A DNA stretch of 64,000 nucleotides, from the NCBI GenBank assembly GCA_964519505.1, contig CAZFJX010000006.1, positions 29,899-93,898 on the forward strand, given 5' to 3'. Both the position numbers and the translations under genes were made by a program. The first letter of the stretch is position 1. Each line of letters opens with the position of its first letter. Source of the stretch: an uncultured Desulfurococcales archaeon. Lineage in GTDB: Archaea > Thermoproteota > Thermoprotei_A > Sulfolobales > CAZFJX01. The notes below the pieces were generated by a model. The model saw nothing but the letters and a program-made list of their open reading frames with translations, was not told the DNA's origin and ran no database searches. Below are positions 48,061 to 56,766 of this stretch, one piece after another.

Positions 48061-48128
48061 GGCCCCCGCAAGAAGCGCACCTAACCGACCCCGGAGGGAT
48101 GAAGGTGTGTTATCCGGCGGGGGTTACA
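48061..48128 (+). ncRNA. Candidate single-hairpin H/ACA-box sRNA (pseudouridylation guide)
   Basis: 9-bp lower stem 48061-48069/48117-48125 (GGCCCCCGC/GCGGGGGUU) followed immediately by ACA (48126-48128). Pocket strands AAGAA (48070-48074) and UAUCCG (48111-48116). 8-bp upper stem 48075-48082/48103-48110. The apical region holds CCGA...AUGA, which is K-turn-like. The element is a GC-rich island in an AT-rich spacer. Confidence 0.5.
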
Positions 48129-48143
48129 CCAAAACATTTCTAA

Positions 48144-48994
48144 TTACGGTTTAGCTAATTCAGGATAATTAATAAGGGTGTCGAGATCATTGGTTATCTC
48201 CTCAATAACCTCCTTACTTAGCGCTGTAGTGGTGCCCTTGATCTTACTCTCATAATTACTCTTAAGCCATGTCGCTAAGTCCCGGTTAAAACCTGACGCT
48301 AACTCAATAAGCATTCTTGGATTACCATTGGTTAAGTACCATGCATGCTCAACGATTTCGTTATTAGGTGGGCTTAATTGGTAAGCCAACTCACTAAAGG
48401 GTTTCTCTAGGAGGTTCCACATCATGACTAAAGAGGCGTGTGTATGTCTTGATGGTAGGTCTTTACTAAGACCCTCGCTCGTCATTGCTATGATTAAAGC
48501 CGTAGATACCTCATAAGATGATAACGATTCCTCTAGTAGATTAAGTAAGTTCTTTACATAAATGTCTATACCTTCAAGACCTAAAGCTCTAGTAACGTCA
48601 TCAACAACTATAACTAAGTGTCTATCCTTAAAGATAATTCTCTTAGCTACCTCACTGATTAACCTTGAGAGCGCTAAAGAGAGGAGCTTACTTACAGAAC
48701 TACCTAAGAAGTTACTTACCATCCCTAGAGCAACCTTAATAACTTCGTCATGACCGAATATAGTCCTCCTAACATCTAGTTGTGCTAGGGCGTCTATATA
48801 GATAGTTAAGTAATCCTCTCGATTTCGAACTCTACTAACGTACTCCTTAAGTAACCTAGTTTTACCACACCCTTCAGGTCTGTTGATATATAGTACCGGG
48901 TAGAAACCCGACCCTAATAGAGGTTTCTGCCCCTACTACCTAGTTCTTTAAGCCTTCCTAACTCAGCTTCTTTATCGATGAATCTAAGGTACAA
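48144..48994 (-). pseudogene. Frameshifted 'archaeal ATPase' (PF01637-like AAA/STAND NTPase)
   Basis: N-terminal piece (TTG 48994) LYLRFIDKEAELGRLKELGSRGRNLY* stops at 48914. A second frame, open from 48932, reads GQKPLLGSGFYPVLYINRPEGCGKTRLLKEYV... (Walker A) and runs into ...HLVIVVDDV (Walker B) down to 48144. The frame switch lies within 48914-48932, next to a G4 run. Confidence 0.65.
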
Positions 48995-49057
48995 GCGTTA
49001 ACCCTAAAAACAATAGTGTGATTAAGGCTTTAAAGCTAGTCGAGGCGCTTAATTAGC

Positions 49058-49774
49058 TCACATTAGTTCCTTACTAACTAGTGCGTAGTAGTTTTGGTGG
49101 TATATTGTTTTCCTTAGATTAAATATGCCGTAATCAATTATTTTTAGACTTGTTGATTTAGTAATTAGTTTCATTAACTCACCTTTAGTGAATAAGTGAT
49201 AATACCTTAGGTAGATCTTACCTTTATGTCTCCAAGGGACTAAGAAGTCTTTAGGTGATGGTGTAAGCCCTATGAGGTACTTAAGTACGTTTATGAGTAA
49301 TTTAGCTAGGAACTTAGGCTGACATAAGGACCAAACAGTAATTAATGCCTTGCCCCTGACCCTCAGTACCCTTTCGATCTCTCTTAATGCGTTAATACGT
49401 GACTTACTTGGTAAATGATGTATGGTTGCTATACTTAGTAGGCACTCTATTGATGAATCCCTAAAGGGTAGGTATTCAGCATCCCCCTTTATAAGGTCTA
49501 CATAATTAAGGAGACCTAGCTTACTGAGCTTTTCTTTAGCCTTGGTGAGCATTGAGCTACTTATATCTAGGCAAACCCCATAAGCACCCTGCCTCAGAAA
49601 GGGGATTAACTGAGTCCCTACACCACACCCGACATCAACTATAAGCCTACATCCATGTAACTTACTAACGATGACCCATGGTTTACTTCTTAAGTGTTGA
49701 AAGCCTTCAGCTATAGCGTCATAAACTTCCTTAACGCACTTTTTTATTTCATCATCACTTACCATAGTACTCAA
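49058..49774 (-). CDS. Class I SAM-dependent methyltransferase (type 11)
   Basis: Motif I IVDVGCGVGT, motif II-like CLDIS, post-I acidic residue, GDAEYLPF. Confidence 0.8.
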   Translation of the reverse strand: MSTMVSDDEIKKCVKEVYDAIAEGFQHLRSKPWVIVSKLHGCRLIVDVGCGVGTQLIPFLRQGAYGVCLDISSSMLTKAKEKLSKLGLLNYVDLIKGDAEYLPFRDSSIECLLSIATIHHLPSKSRINALREIERVLRVRGKALITVWSLCQPKFLAKLLINVLKYLIGLTPSPKDFLVPWRHKGKIYLRYYHLFTKGELMKLITKSTSLKIIDYGIFNLRKTIYHQNYYALVSKELM

Positions 49775-50095
49775 CTAGCCAGCCTTAAGACCTAATATGA
49801 GACCTACAATGAATGCTCCAGCAAACGGTAGGTTAGCTACTATGTTTGAATAAATCGATGATGCCTCAACAGCCATAGACTTAAAGAAACCCTCGATAGC
49901 ACTAACTAGCTTATCGTAATTAACGGTTATTATACCTTTCCATTGAAGGTAAATCACTGTAATGACTATTAACCCAGCAACTATAAGGGCTAACTTGAGG
50001 AGTTTCTTCAATGCGTAACCAACAGCAAAGCCCGTTAAACCACCAAAACCCAGCTGAAATATAACCGCCGTGAATACATCGCCGCTTAACTCCAT
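49775..50095 (-). CDS. FUN14-family small membrane protein
   Basis: 106 aa, three TM. GFGGLTGFAVGYALKKLLKLALIVAG and ...GAFIVGLILGLK resemble FUN14. Abuts the methyltransferase gene with no gap. Confidence 0.5.
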   Translation of the reverse strand: MELSGDVFTAVIFQLGFGGLTGFAVGYALKKLLKLALIVAGLIVITVIYLQWKGIITVNYDKLVSAIEGFFKSMAVEASSIYSNIVANLPFAGAFIVGLILGLKAG

Positions 50096-50150
50096 CGTCT
50101 AGCCCATTAATACTAAGTATAAAAAGAGATTTATATTGTTAGTGAGTAGG

Positions 50151-50777
50151 TTAAGACCCTAAGATCTCCCTACCTATCCTTAGGCCTTCGTTAAAGACCC
50201 TAAGATTTAACTCTAAATCCCTCCTTAGCACTCGTTTTATGGCTTCCTCATAAGCTTCACTACTTAATGGGTTATCGGGGTGTGCTGCATATATACCTAA
50301 CAATAGCGTATTTAGTGATCTTGACGCATTAAATCTCTTAAGTATTTCATAACCTCTTATTACATATAATTCCCTAACGTTACTGTGTATGATGTTAATC
50401 AACTCATTGACGTCAGGATATGTGTAGGAGCTCCATTTCTTAATTACTGATAGAGCCGAGAGTACTGGAGGTATGGGTTCGGCATTAATAATCCCTATAG
50501 TGACCTTCTTATTTAAGTACTTTAAGACCCTAACAGCCTCTAAAGGCTCTAGACCTATAAGTACGTTAGCCGAGCCATAAGTAAGTAGTGGTGACTTAAC
50601 CTCAGTACCGAACCTAACGTAACTTACGACCGAACCATACCTCTGACTCATGCCTAAAGTCTCGCCAGTACGAACCTCATAACCACTAATGAATGCTGCT
50701 TCAGCGATCACCCTAGATAATGTTAGCCCTCCTTGACCACCAACACTAGCTATAATTATGTTATATTCCTTAACCAT
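50151..50777 (-). CDS. iorB: Indolepyruvate:ferredoxin oxidoreductase, beta subunit
   Basis: POR gamma-like domain IASVGGQGGLTLSRV. 8-nt overlap with the iorA 3' end. Confidence 0.8.
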   Translation of the reverse strand: MVKEYNIIIASVGGQGGLTLSRVIAEAAFISGYEVRTGETLGMSQRYGSVVSYVRFGTEVKSPLLTYGSANVLIGLEPLEAVRVLKYLNKKVTIGIINAEPIPPVLSALSVIKKWSSYTYPDVNELINIIHSNVRELYVIRGYEILKRFNASRSLNTLLLGIYAAHPDNPLSSEAYEEAIKRVLRRDLELNLRVFNEGLRIGREILGS

Positions 50778-52650
50778 CCTTACTCACCTCCTTTATGGCG
50801 TTAAATGGACATACATAATCACAATGTCCACAACCCACACATAGTTCCTCATTAATTACTGGGTATTTCTTATGGTCCTTAATGATTATGTGTATGGCAG
50901 GGCAACCTACCTCAGTAATGCAGAGGTAGCACATCTTACATAGGTCATGATCGATATATCTCTTATTCCCTATTAACCCACCCTTCCTAACAACTAATAA
51001 TGCGCATGGTGCTCTAGATATTATTAGTTTAGGACCATGTATCTTTAATGCCTTGACGAACGTGTCTATAGCTTCATCAATATTGTAAGGGTTTATTACT
51101 GAGAAGAACTTGAGTTTTAGATCCTTAACCAAGGACTCTATAGGTACTGGCGTACCCTTTCTACCTGTTTCTGTGATTTCTGACTCAGGTGTTGATTGAT
51201 GCCCAGTCATAGCTACAGTTAAGTTATCGAGTACTACGATGAGTATGTCTATGTTCTTATGTATCGCCTCTATAAGTGCTGGTATACCTGCGTGGTAAAA
51301 CGTTGAGTCACCTATAGTAGCTATTACTGGCTTATCGTAACCTGATACTTTAAGACCTATAGCTAAACCTATGGATGCGCCCATGGCATGCTCTGTCCAT
51401 ATAGCTTCATAGGGGGGTTCATAACTTAAGGCGTAACAGCCTATATCACCCATTATAGGTACTTCATTTAAGTCATAACCACACTTTCTTATACTTTTAA
51501 GTAACGCATAATAGGTGAGTCTATGGGGGCAACCAGCACACATCGGAGGCGGGCGTGGAGGTACCTTAACTTCAGTAACTCCTATCTCTTTAACCACCTT
51601 GCCAAATACTCCGGATAGTGCCGCCGCAATAATGGATGGGGTTAACTCACCTTCCAGTGGTATACCTAAAGACTCCTTACCTAGTACCTCAATACCTAAA
51701 CCTTCACTCTGCACTAACGCCCTTATCTTAGTCTCGAGGTAAGGGTCTAACTCCTCAATCACTAGTACCTTATCTGAATTGCTTAACTCATTTAGTAAGA
51801 ACTTCTTAGGTAGTGGATATGTAAGACCTAACTTAATTATCTTGACCTTATTTTCAATCCCTAACTTCCTTACGGATTCATAAACATGGTTAAATACCAC
51901 GCCATCAGTCACTAACGCTACCTTACCATCATACAATACCTTATTTAGACCTAATTCATTAGCGATATCCTCAGCCTTACTTAACTGGTTATTCAGCCAT
52001 TTATGCCTAGCTAAGTTACCTTTCATAGAAGCCCTAACATACCTCTGTATGTCTTTTACGAACTTAGGGATCCTCTTTAACTTTACTACATCACCGTAAG
52101 ACACATTACCTACAGTATGGTTTACCCTAGTGGTTGTTCTTAATATTATAGGTAACTTAAGCCCCTCAGATAATTCGTAAGCTAATTTAGTGAAGTCTTT
52201 AGCTTCTTGGGGGTCTGAGGGCTCTATCATAGGGAGTTTAGAGAGTTCGGCAAACCACCTACTATCCTGCTCTGTCTGGGTTGTATGTGGTCCTGGGTCA
52301 TCAGCTACTAGTATGGTTAAACCCCCCTTAACACCTGAGTATGCCGCTGACACTATGGAGTCTGATGCGACGTTAAGCCCTGGAGCCTTCATGGTACATA
52401 AAGACCTAATACCAGCGAATGAAGCACCTAAGCAAATCTCAAAACCAACCTTCTCGTTAGTGGCCCACTCAACATACATACCTAACTTATTAGCGACTTC
52501 ACTTAATGACATAATGACCTCAGAACTAGGTGTTCCTGGATACCCTGATACCACCTTAACACCGGCTTCAATAGCTCCTCTAGCAATTGCCTCATTACCC
52601 ATCAGCAACGCCTTACTACCGGGAGGTAATAGAAGTTTATGTGAACTCAT
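50770..52650 (-). CDS. iorA: Indolepyruvate:ferredoxin oxidoreductase, alpha subunit
   Basis: N-terminal GNEAIARGAIEAGV..GYPGTPSSE, TPP motif GDSTFYHAG...NLTVAMTGHQ, C-terminal ferredoxin CxxCxxCxxxCP (CVGCGHCDYVCP). The start is placed at ATG 52650 (MSSHKLL). The ORF track extends to 52719, but GGGGTG lies 7 nt upstream of the 52650 ATG and a T7AAT TATA-like box lies at 52688-52697. Confidence 0.85.
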   Translation of the reverse strand: MSSHKLLLPPGSKALLMGNEAIARGAIEAGVKVVSGYPGTPSSEVIMSLSEVANKLGMYVEWATNEKVGFEICLGASFAGIRSLCTMKAPGLNVASDSIVSAAYSGVKGGLTILVADDPGPHTTQTEQDSRWFAELSKLPMIEPSDPQEAKDFTKLAYELSEGLKLPIILRTTTRVNHTVGNVSYGDVVKLKRIPKFVKDIQRYVRASMKGNLARHKWLNNQLSKAEDIANELGLNKVLYDGKVALVTDGVVFNHVYESVRKLGIENKVKIIKLGLTYPLPKKFLLNELSNSDKVLVIEELDPYLETKIRALVQSEGLGIEVLGKESLGIPLEGELTPSIIAAALSGVFGKVVKEIGVTEVKVPPRPPPMCAGCPHRLTYYALLKSIRKCGYDLNEVPIMGDIGCYALSYEPPYEAIWTEHAMGASIGLAIGLKVSGYDKPVIATIGDSTFYHAGIPALIEAIHKNIDILIVVLDNLTVAMTGHQSTPESEITETGRKGTPVPIESLVKDLKLKFFSVINPYNIDEAIDTFVKALKIHGPKLIISRAPCALLVVRKGGLIGNKRYIDHDLCKMCYLCITEVGCPAIHIIIKDHKKYPVINEELCVGCGHCDYVCPFNAIKEVSKDG

Positions 52651-52782
52651 AAGCACACCCCAAACCCGTAATGTGATAGACGTACGCATTAAAAAAACAT
52701 GACCCATTAAAGAGTACATGCCCTCTCATTAGGGTCAAATACTTTCATATAGGCTTATTAAAGGGTATGTCTATTGTGAAGT

Positions 52783-53805
52783 GTGGTATATATGGCATTT
52801 AAAGGCGTCCTAATAGCTGTTATTGTGGTGGCCATAGCAGTCGGTATTGGCGCTGCCGTACTTCTCCAACAGCAAGGTCCCTCACCTATGCAAACGCACA
52901 TAACTACATCACCAACAACGACTACCACGAAGATGGAAACCAAGACATCTGAGACCACCACGAAGACAACCCCCACAGCATCTACAACACCAACATTTAG
53001 CACAACAAAAACCGAAACAACCGTGAAAACAACAACTACACAACCAGTAACCACAGGGACACCCACGGCATCACCCACAACAAGTATACCGGCATCAACC
53101 ACAACAACGATGCCAACTACTACAACAGTAATAACTCAGGCACCTAGTGGTGAATTAGTTGTCTACAAGACCTTAACTGAGCTCTTTAGTAATATAAAGC
53201 ATATGAAGTATGAATTAAACGTTGAGGAAAGTAATGGGACTAAATCATCAATGACTGGTGGTTTTACAATAATTGGTGAAGACACCATTAACGGTATTAA
53301 TGTGTGGTTAGTGAAGATTGAGTACGTTGCTGTGCCCCCAGAGGGGGAGGAGCAATCAGCTATTATAGAAGCAGCCATATCTAAGGAAGATGCCTTAGTG
53401 CTTAAGCTAACTATAACTCAGGACGGAGTAACTCAAGAAATACCCAAGGAGCAGTTAAGCTATGTGGGCATGATGGTTCTTCAACCACTATTCATGCCGT
53501 TCCTCATGTTTGTTGGGTCTTCAGCTGACTTAGAAATGCAGATAACGGAGACAGGTGTTGCTGTTAATGCTCAAGGAGTCGTTGTTAATAGTAAGCCAAT
53601 AACCGTAACTGTAGGTGGTAACGCTTACAAAGCTTATGAAATTAGCTTTACGGCAACCAAGCCTGTGAGGGGTGTAATAAGTAAAGGCACTTACGTAGTG
53701 GCTGAATTATACGAGAATCACTGGTTCATAGTATCTCTAGACGTATATACGGAGCAAGGGGACCACGCAACAATAAGGGTAATAGAATTAACACCTGCTT
53801 ACTAA
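52783..53805 (+). CDS. N-terminally anchored surface protein with ~100-aa poly-Thr stalk
   Basis: N-terminal TM (VLIAVIVVAIAVGIGAAVLL), residues ~38-135 dominated by Thr with Pro/Ser/Lys/Glu, then a ~200-aa beta-rich globular domain. Confidence 0.55.
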   Translation: MVYMAFKGVLIAVIVVAIAVGIGAAVLLQQQGPSPMQTHITTSPTTTTTKMETKTSETTTKTTPTASTTPTFSTTKTETTVKTTTTQPVTTGTPTASPTTSIPASTTTTMPTTTTVITQAPSGELVVYKTLTELFSNIKHMKYELNVEESNGTKSSMTGGFTIIGEDTINGINVWLVKIEYVAVPPEGEEQSAIIEAAISKEDALVLKLTITQDGVTQEIPKEQLSYVGMMVLQPLFMPFLMFVGSSADLEMQITETGVAVNAQGVVVNSKPITVTVGGNAYKAYEISFTATKPVRGVISKGTYVVAELYENHWFIVSLDVYTEQGDHATIRVIELTPAY

Positions 53806-53872
53806 CCCTGAAATGAAAGTATCTATAACGCATTTAAGATAATTTTTCTCTAGTCTAGATGTATAATGCGCA

Positions 53873-55432
53873 TTAGATAGTTAATATTGTGGTCGCTATT
53901 AGGAAGTATGTAAATAAACCAGCAACATCCACTACTGTGGTTATTAATGGGCCAGATAGCACTGCCGGATCCAGATCTAATGACGAAGCTATTAATGGCA
54001 GTAGAGCACCTATTATGTCTGCTATCACAATGACCGAAGCTAAAGCTATGGCTACTATTATAGATATGACCACGTTAAACGATATTGAGAAGGCGAAGAT
54101 GAAACCTATTGATGCCATACCTAGTGCCAGTAAGCCGCATGTAAGTAATTCCTTAACCACAACCCTGAGTACGTCTCTGGCAGTCACCTCACCTAAGGCT
54201 AAGGCCCTAGTTATCAAGGCTGATGCTTGAGCACCAGCATTACCCCCAGTACCTATGATTAAGGGTATGAACGCTGCTAGTATAGCTACCCTAGATATGA
54301 GTCCACTATAACCCTGTATAATCCTAGCCGTAAAGCTCTCTATCAAATAGATGAGAAGTAACCATAAGAACCTCCTCTTAAATAAGTCCTTGACTCTAGC
54401 CGTTAAGTACCTAGACCTACCAACCTTAGATATACCGCTAAGCATGAATAAATCCTCACTTTCCTCAGCTATAATTACGTCAGCAACATCATCTATGGTA
54501 ATAACCCCAAGGAATTTACCATCAACGTCAACTACAGGTATCCTAGTTAGGTCGTACTTAATCATTAACCTAGCAACAACCTCTCTATCATCAAAGGGAT
54601 CTACAGCCACGTAATCACGTCTAGCGACCTTAGAGAGTCTAGAATTAGGTTTCTCCTTAAGTAAGTCAGCCACATAGGCGTAACCAACCAACTTACCTTC
54701 TTTATTAACTATATATATGACATCAAAGACCTCGAAATGTCTCTTCCTAAGTAGCTCTAAAGCATCACTAACCTTTTGTTCTTCATGAAGAACTGGTACA
54801 TTGGACGTCATTATACCTCCAGCAGACTCTGGTGGGTACTTGAGTAATGACCTAACACTCTCCAAGACCTCCGGAGGTATGTACTGAATAACTGCCCTTC
54901 TAACACCTTTAGGGAATAATTGAAGAATATCTGCCTGCTCATCAGGATTCAAACTCACTAGGGCTTGAGCAAGTACTTTAGGGTGTACATACCTACATAC
55001 TTCCTCAATAATTTCCTGAGGCGCTACTCTAAGTAATTGTCCAAGGTACTTAGAGCCCAGTGAGGGATATATAGTGTGTCTTAGTGGTTCATCAAGTCTT
55101 ACAAGGATGTCTAGGAACTCAGAGGGGTGTAAGTACTTAGTTAATTCCTTGGTAATTGCTGGGAATTCCTCGATATACTTAGCCAGTAAGTCAGCGGCTT
55201 CAGGACCCGCCTCCTCCACATCAACACTCTCAATATCCTTGACGGTATTCAATATATCCTCTAGCTCGCTAGCGCTACCTTCATATTGAAGAATAAATAA
55301 TAAGTAACTAGTGCCCTCACTTGAGAAACCCACAGAGAATACTATGTTGCTGCCTAGATCGGTAAGAGCTATCGTTACATCACGTAGAAGTCCTGGACGG
55401 TCTTTACCCTCAATATAAGCTATGAACCTCAC
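53873..55432 (-). CDS. mgtE: Magnesium transporter MgtE with N-terminal ACT domain
   Basis: ACT-like start (IEGKDRPGLLRDVTIALTDLGSNIV), MgtE_N helical region, CBS pair, and a C-terminal 5-TM MgtE domain (GTGGNAGAQAS, ALLPLIASSLDLDPAVLSGPLITTVVD). Confidence 0.8.
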   Translation of the reverse strand: MRFIAYIEGKDRPGLLRDVTIALTDLGSNIVFSVGFSSEGTSYLLFILQYEGSASELEDILNTVKDIESVDVEEAGPEAADLLAKYIEEFPAITKELTKYLHPSEFLDILVRLDEPLRHTIYPSLGSKYLGQLLRVAPQEIIEEVCRYVHPKVLAQALVSLNPDEQADILQLFPKGVRRAVIQYIPPEVLESVRSLLKYPPESAGGIMTSNVPVLHEEQKVSDALELLRKRHFEVFDVIYIVNKEGKLVGYAYVADLLKEKPNSRLSKVARRDYVAVDPFDDREVVARLMIKYDLTRIPVVDVDGKFLGVITIDDVADVIIAEESEDLFMLSGISKVGRSRYLTARVKDLFKRRFLWLLLIYLIESFTARIIQGYSGLISRVAILAAFIPLIIGTGGNAGAQASALITRALALGEVTARDVLRVVVKELLTCGLLALGMASIGFIFAFSISFNVVISIIVAIALASVIVIADIIGALLPLIASSLDLDPAVLSGPLITTVVDVAGLFTYFLIATTILTI

Positions 55433-55572
55433 TTCACACCACCCATATCGCTATGTAAGTTTGTTAGTTAGGTCTAATTAAATATTCTAAGCATTACTAA
55501 GCATACTTACAAGTTTTAAACCAATTAAGTTTAAAAGTCTAGGCACTTAGTGATATTCGGCAAGGTGATTAT

Positions 55573-56619
55573 ATGAAGTTCGTTCACTTATGTAAGACGA
55601 AGCCACCTTCTAGAGGTAAGAAGATACTAATAATAGGTGCTGGCCCTGCTGGTCTGGCAGCGGCTGGTTTCTTAGTATGTCAAGGCTATGATATAGACAT
55701 GGTGGATAAGCTACCCTTACCTGGCGGATTAATGACGTTTGGTATCCCAGAGATTAGAATTAAGAAGGAGAGAGTTATGGAGGGTATTAAGGAGTTAAGT
55801 GACGTTTTTGATGTTAAATTCATACTTAGAACCAAGGTCATTTGCTGTGGGGAGGGGCGCCATGAGGGTGATGAATTCGTAAGTAAGAAAGTATCGTTTA
55901 ATGATATAGTACCTAACTACGACGCTACATTAATAGCAACAGGTACGTGGTTATCGAGACCGTTTAAAGTGTCTGGAGCTAATCTAAAGGGTGTTTACCC
56001 AGCTTTAGAGTACTTAATTAGGCTTAACGCACATAGACTCGGTTTCTTAAATGCTGATGAGGTTCCTAAAATAGGTAAGAAAGTTGCCGTAATAGGAGGT
56101 GGGCTTACAGCTGTTGATGCTGCTTTCGAAGCCTTAGAGCAAGGCGCTGAGGTCTACATGGTCTATAGAAGAACTAAGGACTTAGCGCCAGCAGGTTCTA
56201 AGGAGATTGATAAACTTATCGAGAAGGGCGTTAAGTTCATGGAGCTAGTTAATCCTAAGTCAGTAATTGGTGAGAAAGATAGGGTTAAGGGTCTTGAGTT
56301 AATTAGGATGAGGCTAGGTGAGCCAGACGCTTCAGGTAGGCCTAGACCAATACCAATACCGGGCACCGAGTTCATTCTTGAGGTGGACACGGTTATTTAT
56401 GCGTTAGGTGAGCTATCAACACCACCATGCCGTAGTGAGGAGTGTTGCGGTATTAAGCTAGATAAGTGGGGAGGTATAATAGTTGATGAAAACTTCATGA
56501 CCACACGTAAGGGCGTATTTGCTGCTGGTGACGTAGTGACGGGCCCAAGCCTGATAGGTAAGGCCATGGGTTCGGGACTTAAAGCCGCTAGAGCCATACA
56601 TAAATACCTTTCGGGATAA
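55573..56619 (+). CDS. GltD/SudA-like FAD/NAD(P)H pyridine-nucleotide oxidoreductase (no N-terminal Fe-S domain)
   Basis: Two dinucleotide folds (KILIIGAGPAGLAAAG, KKVAVIGGGLTAVDAA) and C-terminal GVFAAGDVVTGP. Confidence 0.75.
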   Translation: MKFVHLCKTKPPSRGKKILIIGAGPAGLAAAGFLVCQGYDIDMVDKLPLPGGLMTFGIPEIRIKKERVMEGIKELSDVFDVKFILRTKVICCGEGRHEGDEFVSKKVSFNDIVPNYDATLIATGTWLSRPFKVSGANLKGVYPALEYLIRLNAHRLGFLNADEVPKIGKKVAVIGGGLTAVDAAFEALEQGAEVYMVYRRTKDLAPAGSKEIDKLIEKGVKFMELVNPKSVIGEKDRVKGLELIRMRLGEPDASGRPRPIPIPGTEFILEVDTVIYALGELSTPPCRSEECCGIKLDKWGGIIVDENFMTTRKGVFAAGDVVTGPSLIGKAMGSGLKAARAIHKYLSG

Positions 56620-56766
56620 TAGAGTAAAAACTAAAAATTATGTTTTTAATTAAACCATAATAGATCTTTAAATATGTAAATAGCTCTAGGTGTTTCCGTG
56701 GATATTCTATGCAGAAATTAATCCATAAATAGTGGTAGTTACTATAAGTACGTGAATTTAGTCTAG

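Noticed and set aside
48040-48130. GC-rich segment considered as a tRNA or tRNA fragment (possible integration att site)
   Set aside because: On either strand there is no GTTCRANYC T-loop, no cloverleaf with a 7-bp acceptor stem, and no adjacent integrase. The hairpin-pocket-ACA arrangement fits an H/ACA sRNA better.
52758-53102. 114-aa Val-rich ORF on the minus strand
   Set aside because: It is the antisense mirror of the ACN-rich poly-Thr tract of 52783..53805 (GTN codons are the complement of ACN). The composition is implausible and it is fully nested in a better-supported gene.
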